This document shows, in pieces, positions 1 through 8,887 of a stretch of DNA of 31,063 nt (position 1 is the stretch's first letter; each line of letters opens with the position of its first letter). Below the pieces are notes generated by a model that saw only the letters and a list, made by a program, of their open reading frames with translations, searched no databases and was not told where the DNA came from. Both the position numbers and the translations under genes were made by a program. This stretch comes from an uncultured archaeon. Lineage in GTDB: Archaea; Iainarchaeota; Iainarchaeia; Iainarchaeales; Iainarchaeaceae. Where the stretch lies: positions 1-31,063 of the forward strand of contig CAZNZM010000011.1 of the NCBI GenBank assembly GCA_964577555.1, written 5' to 3'.

Positions 1-1599
1 GCAACAACAACCACAACCACAACAATAACAATAAACCCACCAAACCAAAACCCAAAAATATCTTTGGCTTATCCTATTTCGGATTTTAAACAAAGTGCGC
101 CTCTTTCTTTTATTGCAAATGTCAATGCATCTGATCCTGATGGAACCATAAGCAAAGTTGAGTTTTATTTGAATGGTTCAAAAGTGGGAGAAGATACTGT
201 TGCTTCTGATGGTTGGAAATTCAACTTTTCAAACCTTAAAAGAGGTGCTTATAAGTTTTATGCAAAAGCGATTGACAATAAAGGCGCTTCTTCGGTTTCG
301 CCTACCATAAATATTTTAGTTTTGAGGCAGGAGATTTTAGAAGCAAAGGATTTAATCTTTAATTCAGAAGAGGAAAAATTAATAGTAAAAGACAAAGAAA
401 GTGGAATTGAAATGGTTACTTTGAATGGTATTTCGGCTTCGGATGCAAGGTTGAGTGGTTTCAAGTTGAGAAGAAGTAATGAAGAAAGTTCAAAAGAGTT
501 TTATTTGATTGCGCCATTGCAAGGTGAAGTGACAAAAACTATAAAGCTTCCTAAAAAAATGGCTTCTTCAAACGCAGTTTGTGTTTATGATAATGATGTT
601 TCAGAGATGATTGATGAAAGTGAAAAATTGATTTTTGAAGAATTCATGAACAGATGTACTAAAATAATTTGCCCCAGCGTTGGCTCTATTTCATGTTCAG
701 TTTCAAGTGATAATAATTTTATAGTAAGCGGTTTGAGGCATTCTTTTATTATAGAAGATGAAGTAGCAAGAACTTGTAATAATAATGGAGTCCAAGATGA
801 TGGCGAAACGGGAATTGATTGTGGCAATGATGTTTGTCCAGCTTGTGCTCCTTTGCCTTCATGCAATGATGGTGTTCAAAACCAAGGCGAAACAGGTGTT
901 GATTGTGGTGGTCCTTGCCAAGCTTGTCCTTCGCCTCCTTCACCAAGTTCTGGCGGAGGAAGTAGCGGAGGCGGTGGAGGTTCTGGGTCTTCTGGTGGTT
1001 CAAGTGGTAGGTCTTCTGGTGGCGGAGCAGCTGTTGGTGAAAGTAAAGTAGTTGTAAGAGATTTTAATGTTAGTCCTTTGGAGGTTTCTGTTCCTGTGGA
1101 TTTTATTTTAAGTATTTATCATAATTTGAATGGCTCAAGAGTATTTTTAGTGGATGTAAATGTATTTGATTCTTATAATACTTCGGTTAATTTGTTTAGC
1201 GGTAGTTTCTATACTCAATTGATTAGAAGCGGATTGGCTTCAAAAGTAACGTTTTCGCAGGTTTGGACTCCGTTAAAAGCGGGTGATTATAATGTTTCTG
1301 TTGATGTTTGGAACAGTTCTAAATCGGTGAAATATTCTAGTTTCAAAAATAAATTCAGTGTTGTTGAAAAAGAAAAAAGGGAAATTAGCTTGCCGCCTGT
1401 GGATGTCAATAAAGATAAAGGTGATTCAGCAGACAGGTCTTCAAAAGGTGAAGTTGAATCTAAAAAGCCGGTGCCAGAACCGGAAGTGAAAAGCAAAGAT
1501 AGCGGGTTTTTCATTGATATGAATTTGTTGTTGATTGCTATAGTTGTAGTTGTTTTGTTGGGTTTGGTATTAGTGGTTTTTTATGTGTTGAAAAAATAG
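1..1599 (+). CDS. Surface/secreted protein, 5'-truncated by window edge: Big_9-like Ig domain, two Cys-rich CNDGVQNxGETGVDCGG motifs, Gly/Ser linker, C-terminal TM helix
   Basis: Frame is open from base 1 (ATTTTTTTITINPPNQNPKIS upstream of the annotated TTG start at 64). Ig-like stretch ISDFKQSAP...ANVNASDPDGTISKVEFYLNGSKVGEDT...AKAIDNKGASS; CNNNGVQDDGETGIDCGNDVCPAC and CNDGVQNQGETGVDCGGPCQAC; Ser/Gly linker; C-terminal LLLIAIVVVVLLGLVLVVFYVLKK. Confidence 0.8.
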   Translation, partial: ATTTTTTTITINPPNQNPKISLAYPISDFKQSAPLSFIANVNASDPDGTISKVEFYLNGSKVGEDTVASDGWKFNFSNLKRGAYKFYAKAIDNKGASSVSPTINILVLRQEILEAKDLIFNSEEEKLIVKDKESGIEMVTLNGISASDARLSGFKLRRSNEESSKEFYLIAPLQGEVTKTIKLPKKMASSNAVCVYDNDVSEMIDESEKLIFEEFMNRCTKIICPSVGSISCSVSSDNNFIVSGLRHSFIIEDEVARTCNNNGVQDDGETGIDCGNDVCPACAPLPSCNDGVQNQGETGVDCGGPCQACPSPPSPSSGGGSSGGGGGSGSSGGSSGRSSGGGAAVGESKVVVRDFNVSPLEVSVPVDFILSIYHNLNGSRVFLVDVNVFDSYNTSVNLFSGSFYTQLIRSGLASKVTFSQVWTPLKAGDYNVSVDVWNSSKSVKYSSFKNKFSVVEKEKREISLPPVDVNKDKGDSADRSSKGEVESKKPVPEPEVKSKDSGFFIDMNLLLIAIVVVVLLGLVLVVFYVLKK

Positions 1600-1675
1600 G
1601 TTTTTTGCCTAATGTTTTGTTTTAAGTTTGTTCTTGTGTAATCCTTTAAATTTGTTTTCTGGTGTTTTTTATTTT

Positions 1676-4186
1676 ATGTTTTCTGACAAGGAAATAAAAG
1701 CAAAGTATAAAGAAAAGGCTAGCTTGGAACCTGAAAAAAATTATCCTGTCCGCAAACTTAAAGAGCATGGTTTTTTTAGGCTAAAGTGTCAAAATTGTGG
1801 CAAGTTTTTTTGGAGCTTGGATTTTGATAGAAAGTTTTGCGGCGATTCTGCTTGTGTTGGGGGTTATTCCTTTATTGGCAATCCGCCTTCAAAAAAGAGT
1901 TTTGACTATTTGGAAACATGGAGTGCCTTCAAAGGCTATTTTAAAAGGTTGGGTTATTTTGAGTATAAGCGTTATCCTGTTGTTGCACGTTGGCGTCCTG
2001 ATGTTTATTGGGTTGCGGCTTCTATTTATCCTTTTCAACCTTATGTTGTTAAGGGCGAGATAAAGCCTAAGAGCAATGCTGTTATTATTCCACAACTTTC
2101 TTTGCGTTTTAATGATATTGACAATGTTGGCATTACTGGTTCACATTATGTTTGTTTTGACATGCTTGGGCAATTGCGTTTTGAAAAAGCGGTTGATTAT
2201 GATATTGAAGAGTATTGGGAACAGTACTTTGGTTGGATTGTTGATGGAATGTGTATTCCGGAGAATGAATTGGTTATTCATGAGGACGCTTGGGCTGGCG
2301 GTGGAACTTTTGGGCCTTGCATGGAGTTTTTTTCAAGAGGCATGGAAATAGGTAATCAAGTTTATATGCAATATGAACAAACAGAAAGCGGTTCTAAGGA
2401 ATTGAATATCAAGGTTTTGGATATGGGGCAAGGGCATGAGCGCGTGCCTTGGCTTACTAGTGGCAAATCTAATTCTTATGAAACCACTTTTCCAAGTGTT
2501 GCAAAAAAATTGTATAATATTACAGGCTATAAGCCTGATGATTATTTGATGCAAAGGTTTTTGCCTTATTCAGCGCTTTTGAATGTTGATGAAGCTGAGA
2601 ATATTGAAAAGGTTTGGATTAGGATTGCAAGTGATTTGAAAATTGATGTTAAGGAGTTGAAGGAAAAAATTCTTGCTTTGGCTGCTTTGTATAGTGTTGG
2701 CGAACATTCGCGTGCAGCTTTGGTTGCTTTGAATGATAATGCTTTGCCTTCTAATGTTGGCGGCGGTTATAATCTTCGTATAATTTTGCGTAGGGCGTTA
2801 GGTTTTATTGATGATTATGGCTGGAAAATCGAGTTATGCGATTTGGCTGAAGAGCATGCCAAATTTTTGAAGCCTATGTACCCTGAATTGTCTGAAAAGC
2901 TTGAGAATGTTTCGTTGATTTTGGAGAATGAGAAAAAAAAATTTTTTGAAGCAAGGAAAAGAGCTAGGCAAATAATTGAAACTGAGTTGAAGGCCAAACC
3001 AGATGTTGATTTGCTTGTCTATTTGTATGATAGTCATGGCATTAGGCCTGAAGAAGTAAGAAAGGTAGCTGCTGAAAAGGGGATAAGTGTTGTAGTTCCT
3101 GAAAACTTTTATGCTAAAGTTTCAGAGATTCATGAAAAAAAAGTTCAGGCTACTGAAACTAAAAAGCCTTTTTTCTTGGACGTTTCAAATGTGCCTGAAA
3201 CAAAAATTTTGTATTATGGCGATTGGAAGTTTTTGGAGTTTGATGCAAAGGTCGTGTTTAGCCACGAAAATTTGATTGCTTTGGACCAAACTGCTTTTTA
3301 TCCTACTTCTGGAGGTCAATTGCATGATGTTGGAGAAATAAGCGGTGTTAAGGTTTTGGATGTTTTCAAACATGGTTCAGTTATTTTGCACAAGGTTGAT
3401 TTAAATAAATTTAAGGTAGGTGATGCAGTGCATGGGGTAGTTGATTTTGAACGAAGAAAACAGTTAATGCAGCATCATACTTCTGCTCATTTGGTTAATC
3501 TTTGTGCTGCTGAAGTTCTGGGGTCGCATGTTTGGCAGGCTGGAGCCGCAAAGACTTTGGAAAAAGGCAGACTTGATATAACTCATTATGAACAAATTTC
3601 TTCTGAACAATTGAAGGCAATTGAAAAATGTTGTAATGACAAGATTATAGCTGGCTTGGTTGTTAAAAAGGAGATTTTGCCAAGGGAAGAGGCTGAGGAA
3701 AAGTATGGCATGCATATTTATCAAGGCGGTTTTGTGCCTGGCAGAAATTTAAGGATTGTTACAATTGGTTCTGATGTTGAAGCTTGTGGCGGTACTCATG
3801 CAAATAATCTTTCTGAATTGGAATGTTTAAAGATTTTGAATTCTGTTAAGGTTCAAGATGGAGTGATAAGAATTAATTATGTTTCTGGCGATGCTGCGAA
3901 AAAGGAAAAAACGAATTCTGCGGAGCTTCTCAAGCAAATTTCTGGTTTGTTTGGTGTAAAGCCTTCTCAGGTTCCTGCAAGGGCTGAAGAGCTTTTTATG
4001 AAGTGGAAAGCCGCCAAGAAAGCTCGGGCTAAAGGTGAAAAACCTGATGTAATTTTAAGAAGCTTGGAGGAGTTTAATGGTTCTGATGAGGAAATTCTTG
4101 CAAAAGCCGCAAAAACTTTTTCTACTTTGCCTGAACACTTGCCGCGTACTTTGAAAAGGTTTTTGGAAGAACTTGAAAATGGTTGA
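1676..4186 (+). CDS. alaS: Alanyl-tRNA synthetase, archaeal type, apparently lacking the C-terminal C-Ala domain
   Basis: N-terminal FFRLKCQNCGKFFWSLD zinc motif of archaeal AlaRS; editing-domain motifs HHTSAHLVN and CGGTHANN. The ORF track starts at TTG 1628, but ATG 1676 (MFSDKEIKAKYKEKA) is the likelier start. Confidence 0.95.
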   Translation: MFSDKEIKAKYKEKASLEPEKNYPVRKLKEHGFFRLKCQNCGKFFWSLDFDRKFCGDSACVGGYSFIGNPPSKKSFDYLETWSAFKGYFKRLGYFEYKRYPVVARWRPDVYWVAASIYPFQPYVVKGEIKPKSNAVIIPQLSLRFNDIDNVGITGSHYVCFDMLGQLRFEKAVDYDIEEYWEQYFGWIVDGMCIPENELVIHEDAWAGGGTFGPCMEFFSRGMEIGNQVYMQYEQTESGSKELNIKVLDMGQGHERVPWLTSGKSNSYETTFPSVAKKLYNITGYKPDDYLMQRFLPYSALLNVDEAENIEKVWIRIASDLKIDVKELKEKILALAALYSVGEHSRAALVALNDNALPSNVGGGYNLRIILRRALGFIDDYGWKIELCDLAEEHAKFLKPMYPELSEKLENVSLILENEKKKFFEARKRARQIIETELKAKPDVDLLVYLYDSHGIRPEEVRKVAAEKGISVVVPENFYAKVSEIHEKKVQATETKKPFFLDVSNVPETKILYYGDWKFLEFDAKVVFSHENLIALDQTAFYPTSGGQLHDVGEISGVKVLDVFKHGSVILHKVDLNKFKVGDAVHGVVDFERRKQLMQHHTSAHLVNLCAAEVLGSHVWQAGAAKTLEKGRLDITHYEQISSEQLKAIEKCCNDKIIAGLVVKKEILPREEAEEKYGMHIYQGGFVPGRNLRIVTIGSDVEACGGTHANNLSELECLKILNSVKVQDGVIRINYVSGDAAKKEKTNSAELLKQISGLFGVKPSQVPARAEELFMKWKAAKKARAKGEKPDVILRSLEEFNGSDEEILAKAAKTFSTLPEHLPRTLKRFLEELENG

Positions 4187-4251
4187 ATTTTTTGTTTGTG
4201 CTTTTTTTTGATTAAATAGATTTTAAAATTCTTTTAATAAACTATTTTTCC

Positions 4252-7095
4252 ATGGCAATTGATTTTTCATTAATAGAGCGTAAATGGATAGATCGGTGGG
4301 ACAAGGAAAAAGTTTTTGAAGCAAATCCAGATTCAAGGCCTAAATTTTTCGTGAATTTTCCTTATCCTTATATGAATTCTTTGATGCATATTGGGCATTT
4401 CTATACTCTTATGAGAGTTGAAGCCATGGCGAGATATAAGCGTATGCGTGGCTATAATGTTTTGTTTCCTCAGGCATGGCATTGTACTGGCAGCCCTATT
4501 GAAAATGCGGCACAGCGAATAAGAGAAAACGAGCCAAAGCAAATTGAAATTATGAGGCAACTCGGTTTTGATGATGCCCTTATCAAAGAATTTGCCGATC
4601 CAAAAAAATGGGTAGAGTATTTTCCAAAGGAAGCTGAAAAGGACCTTAAGGCTTTGGGTATGAGTATTGACTGGCGAAGAAGTTTTATCACCACTTCTTT
4701 GAATCCTTATTATGACAAGTTCATAAAATGGCAGTTCAACAAGTTGAAAGAGAAAGGTTATGTGGTTACTGGCAAGCATCCTGTTGTTTGGTGCATCAAG
4801 GACAATTCGCCTGTGCCTGATCATTCCAGAATTGAAGGGGAAGGCGAGACTCCGCAGGATTTCATGTGGATTAAATTCAGGGTAAAAAATAGCGATTGGA
4901 TAATAATGGCTGGTACTACTAGGCCTGATGCGCTTTATGGACAATCCAATTTGTGGGTTGATCCTGTTGGAGAATATTGTTTGGTTGAAGTTGGCGGAGA
5001 AAAGTGGGTGGTTGGTAAAAAGGTTTTGAGCAAAATTGAGCATCAATACATGGAATTCAAATTCATTCGTGATGTTAAACCAGAAGAATTGATTGGAAAA
5101 TGGGTTAAGGGTCCTTTGGTGGATTGTGAATTGGTGGTTTTGCCTGCTGGTTTTATTGATTCTTCTGTTGGTTCCGGGATTGTTTATTCTGCACTTGAAG
5201 ACCCTGTTGATCTTTTTGAATTGAAAGCAATTCAAAGTTCAGATGAGTTGTTGTCAAAATACAAGCTTGACAAAGATTATGTGAAAAAGTTGAAGCCTAT
5301 TGATATAATCAGTGTTCCTGGAATGGGTTCTAATTTGGGGGAACAAATTAGTAAGGAGTTTGGGGTAAAGTCTTCGGCTGACAGAGGTTTATTAGAAGAG
5401 GCTAAGCGAGAATTGAATAGAAGGGTTTTCAGGAAGGGTGTCATGCTTGGAAACTGCGGCTTTTGTGCAGGGCTTTCCGTTCCAGAAGCCCAAGCCGTGC
5501 TTAAAAAATTTCTTGTCAAAAATAATGATGCTGTAATGTTTTACGAGCTTTCAGGCAAAGTTGTTTGCCGTTGCCTTAGTGAAGCAATTGTAAAAGTTGT
5601 GAGCGACCAGTGGTTCATAAAATATAGTGATGCTGATTGGAAGGCTGAAGCAAGGGAAGCCCTTCGAAACATAAAATTGTATCCTGAATCGGCAAGACAG
5701 CAATTTGAGTATGTCATAAATTGGTTGAATGATTGGCCTTGTACGAGAGAATTTGGACTTGGGACAAACTTGCCTTGGGATGAAAAGTGGGTTATTGAGA
5801 GTTTGAGCGATTCAACAATTTACATGGCATTTTATACCATTTCGCATAAATTGAAATCTATTCCGATTGACAAGTTGAATTATGCCTTTTTTGATTATGT
5901 TTTTTTAGGCAAGGAATCTGACAAATTGTTGGTTTCAAAAAATATTTGTGATGATATAAGGAGTGAATTTGAATATTGGTATCCAGTGGATTTCAGAAAT
6001 TCTGGCAAAGACCTTATTCAAAATCACTTGACTTTTTTTATTTTCAATCATGTGGCTATTTGGCGTGACAAGTCCAAGCATCCTAAAGGGATTGGAGTTA
6101 ATGGTTGGATAACAGTCAATGGGGAAAAAATGTCAAAATCAAAAGGCAATTTTATTTTGTTGCGCGATTTGCCTGTAAAGTATGGTTGTGACGCTTCGCG
6201 TTTTACTGTACTTTCAGGTGGTGAAGGAATTGACGATGCCAATTTTGAATTGTCTTTGGCTGAATCGATGAAATCCAAGCTTTCTGATTGGCTTGTTCAA
6301 ATAATTGAATTGAGAAAAAAATGTGTTGAAGAAGAAGGAAGGCAAATTGATGTTTGGTTTGAATCTGAAGTGAATGAAATTATTTCTGAAGTCACGGCTT
6401 GCATGGACGAAGCCATGTTCAAAACAGCTTTGAAGCTTTCGTTTTTTGAAATGCAAAGGGTGTTAAAGTGGTATTTGTACAGGTCTGCCGGCAAGCCAAA
6501 CAAAAGGCTTTTGAATTGGGCTTTGCGTTCTCAAGCATTGATGCTTGCTCCTGTTTGTCCTTTTATTGCTGAAGAAGCCTGGGAATTTTTGGGTGAAAAA
6601 GGTTTTATTTGCAAGGCTGGTTGGCCAAAACCTGATTTTTCAAAAATTTCCGCCAAAGCCAAGCAAAGTGAAGAACTTGTAAAAAATACTATAAATGATA
6701 TAAAGCAGATAAAGGAATTGACAGGAATTTCAAATCCTAAAAAGATAACTATTTATGTTGCGCCGCAATGGAAATGGAGAGCAATGAGAATAGTTGTAGA
6801 AGTTTGTGCAAAAAAGCCAGACTATGGTTCTTTAATTAAAGCATTAATGTCTGATTCTGAAATAAGGATAAAAGGCAAGCTTGTTGAAGCTTTTGCAAAA
6901 CAGGCTTTTAAAGTTGCAAAGGATTTTAATTTGGAACACTCAATTGACGAGTTTGAACTATTTTCTAGCAATAAGGATTTTTTTTCCACTGAATTTGGTT
7001 GCACTGTTGAAATTGTAACACCTAAAAAAGACGATTTAAGTTCAACCAAATCCGCAAAAGCATTTCCAGGCAAGCCAGCTATTTTTATTGAATGA
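4252..7095 (+). CDS. leuS: Leucyl-tRNA synthetase, archaeal/eukaryal type
   Basis: HIGH motif (LMHIGHFYTL), KMSKS motif (NGEKMSKSKGN), CP1 editing domain (GTTRPDALYGQSNLWV), 947 aa. Confidence 0.96.
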   Translation: MAIDFSLIERKWIDRWDKEKVFEANPDSRPKFFVNFPYPYMNSLMHIGHFYTLMRVEAMARYKRMRGYNVLFPQAWHCTGSPIENAAQRIRENEPKQIEIMRQLGFDDALIKEFADPKKWVEYFPKEAEKDLKALGMSIDWRRSFITTSLNPYYDKFIKWQFNKLKEKGYVVTGKHPVVWCIKDNSPVPDHSRIEGEGETPQDFMWIKFRVKNSDWIIMAGTTRPDALYGQSNLWVDPVGEYCLVEVGGEKWVVGKKVLSKIEHQYMEFKFIRDVKPEELIGKWVKGPLVDCELVVLPAGFIDSSVGSGIVYSALEDPVDLFELKAIQSSDELLSKYKLDKDYVKKLKPIDIISVPGMGSNLGEQISKEFGVKSSADRGLLEEAKRELNRRVFRKGVMLGNCGFCAGLSVPEAQAVLKKFLVKNNDAVMFYELSGKVVCRCLSEAIVKVVSDQWFIKYSDADWKAEAREALRNIKLYPESARQQFEYVINWLNDWPCTREFGLGTNLPWDEKWVIESLSDSTIYMAFYTISHKLKSIPIDKLNYAFFDYVFLGKESDKLLVSKNICDDIRSEFEYWYPVDFRNSGKDLIQNHLTFFIFNHVAIWRDKSKHPKGIGVNGWITVNGEKMSKSKGNFILLRDLPVKYGCDASRFTVLSGGEGIDDANFELSLAESMKSKLSDWLVQIIELRKKCVEEEGRQIDVWFESEVNEIISEVTACMDEAMFKTALKLSFFEMQRVLKWYLYRSAGKPNKRLLNWALRSQALMLAPVCPFIAEEAWEFLGEKGFICKAGWPKPDFSKISAKAKQSEELVKNTINDIKQIKELTGISNPKKITIYVAPQWKWRAMRIVVEVCAKKPDYGSLIKALMSDSEIRIKGKLVEAFAKQAFKVAKDFNLEHSIDEFELFSSNKDFFSTEFGCTVEIVTPKKDDLSSTKSAKAFPGKPAIFIE

Positions 7096-7120
7096 ATTTT
7101 TCGGCAGCATGCAATACAAT

Positions 7121-8806
7121 TCAAGTCAAATAATGGACATTTACTTCTATTGTTTCTTTCATTGATTTTATTTGCTTTATTGCTCTTTCGAGATTTGTGC
7201 CTTTTTTTGTCTTAACTATGAATTCAGTATAGCCCGTCTTTCCATCTTCGTTGACTTTGGTTATTCCTGTTTCTATGTTAAAGCCGTTTTTATACATTAT
7301 CTTTGCTTGCTTCATTATCAACCCGGGCTTGTCGGTGCTGTCTATCCTTATTTTAGCAAGCCCTTCAGATTGTTTCGGAGATATGATTTTTTTAAGTGTT
7401 TTTTCTATGTCTCGCCTGACTTTTTCAGATGATGCCAAAGACAACCAGCTTATTTGGACTTCTGGTTTTGGCGAATAAATTATTTTTATTCTGTCTCCTG
7501 GATTTAGTTTTGTCCAAAGGGGAAGCATTTTGCCGTTAATATTGGCTTTTGATGCGTGCTCGGCTTTTTTTCCATAAGCAAAATATGCGAAATCTATTGC
7601 AGTTGATTGCTGCGGAATTTCAACTGTCTCGCCTTTTTCCGTAAATACAATCATTGACTTGTTGTCAAAATCTAAACTCAGGGTGTTTGCAACTTCCTTG
7701 ATGTCATTGAATTTTTCTTTTTTTACTTTTGAAAACATTTTTTTGAATTTTTTCATAAATTTTACTTCATCCTTGTTTTTTAGCAGGGCTATTACGCCGT
7801 CAACTCCCAACAAGTGCATTTTTTCTGATTGAATGTATATTTTTATAGGTTTTTTTGAAGGCCCGATTATTTGAGTATGTAAAGCTTGGTATATTGAGTA
7901 TTGTGGTATTGCAATCAAATCCTTGAATTTTCCTGGAATTGGTTTAAAGGTTTCATGTATTTTTCCTAAAGCATTGTAACAACTTTCCTTATCATCAACG
8001 ATAACCTGCATTATTGCTATATCGTTTATTTCTTCAAGCTCTTTGCCTTTGGCAACCATTTTGGAGTGAATGGAGTACAACGATTTGCGTGTAATGTCAA
8101 ATTCCCAATTCATTTTTGGAAACTCGTGTTTCAAAATTTTAATTGCGTTTTTTATTTCTTCACATTTTTCATTCAATAAAGGCTTGATTTTTGTTTTGAT
8201 TTTTTTATAATTTTTTGGCTCGAGTGTTTTGAAGCAAAGGTCTTCCATTTCATATTTTATTGAATGTATTCCCATTCTGTGGGCTATTGGGACATAAACT
8301 ATCAAAGCATCGGCCGCTATTCTTATTTGCTTTTCAGGTTTAAGGTATTCAATTGTTTTAAGGTTGTGCAACTTGTCAAAAAGCTTTATTACCAAAACTC
8401 TTATGTCTTTTGCAGATGCTATTATTGTTTTTATTATATTTGCTGTTGTGTGTTCTTTTCTTGAATTGAACGAGATTATGTCAAGTTTTGTCAATGATTT
8501 GACTAAAGAAAAAATCTCGTTTCCAAAAATGGTTTTGAGCTTTTTTTCATCAGTTTTGGTGTCTTCAAGGACATCATGAAGCAATGCAACCGAAACCATT
8601 ACTTCATCCAACCCTTTTTCAGCAACCATTTTTGCTACTTGAAAAAGGTGGGTAAAATAAGGGTCTCCAGAGGCCCTGTATTGTCCTTGGTGGGCTTTTT
8701 TTGAAAAATAGTAAGCTTCTTCCACAAGGCTCAATTTTGCGTTTGGATTGTGCTTGGCAACTATTGATTTAAGTTTATTCAAATCACGTTCTTCAATTTT
8801 TTTCAT
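7121..8806 (-). CDS. RelA/SpoT homolog (HD hydrolase - synthetase-like - TGS - ACT), synthetase motifs degenerate
   Basis: HD motifs GQYRASGDPYFTH, LLHDVLEDT, KLFDKLHNLKT. Synthetase-like region KFKDLIAIPQYSIYQALHT...IKIYIQSEKMH. TGS-like IVFTEKGETVEIPQQSTAIDFAY. C-terminal ACT-like DKPGLIMKQAKIMYKNGFNI. Confidence 0.92.
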   Translation of the reverse strand: MKKIEERDLNKLKSIVAKHNPNAKLSLVEEAYYFSKKAHQGQYRASGDPYFTHLFQVAKMVAEKGLDEVMVSVALLHDVLEDTKTDEKKLKTIFGNEIFSLVKSLTKLDIISFNSRKEHTTANIIKTIIASAKDIRVLVIKLFDKLHNLKTIEYLKPEKQIRIAADALIVYVPIAHRMGIHSIKYEMEDLCFKTLEPKNYKKIKTKIKPLLNEKCEEIKNAIKILKHEFPKMNWEFDITRKSLYSIHSKMVAKGKELEEINDIAIMQVIVDDKESCYNALGKIHETFKPIPGKFKDLIAIPQYSIYQALHTQIIGPSKKPIKIYIQSEKMHLLGVDGVIALLKNKDEVKFMKKFKKMFSKVKKEKFNDIKEVANTLSLDFDNKSMIVFTEKGETVEIPQQSTAIDFAYFAYGKKAEHASKANINGKMLPLWTKLNPGDRIKIIYSPKPEVQISWLSLASSEKVRRDIEKTLKKIISPKQSEGLAKIRIDSTDKPGLIMKQAKIMYKNGFNIETGITKVNEDGKTGYTEFIVKTKKGTNLERAIKQIKSMKETIEVNVHYLT

Positions 8807-8887
8807 AGAAATAAAATTATTCAGTAATCAATTTATTAACTTCTTTTATTTTTTATCATTGTGATCAAAATTTGTTTTCTCGTATAA

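Noticed and set aside
749-1051. ORFs overlapping the Gly/Ser linker of the surface protein
   Set aside because: Frame-shifted translations of a low-complexity region.
4333-5235. 300-aa minus-strand ORF antisense to leuS
   Set aside because: No recognisable domain; leuS on the plus strand has full family motifs over the same bases, so this is a shadow ORF.
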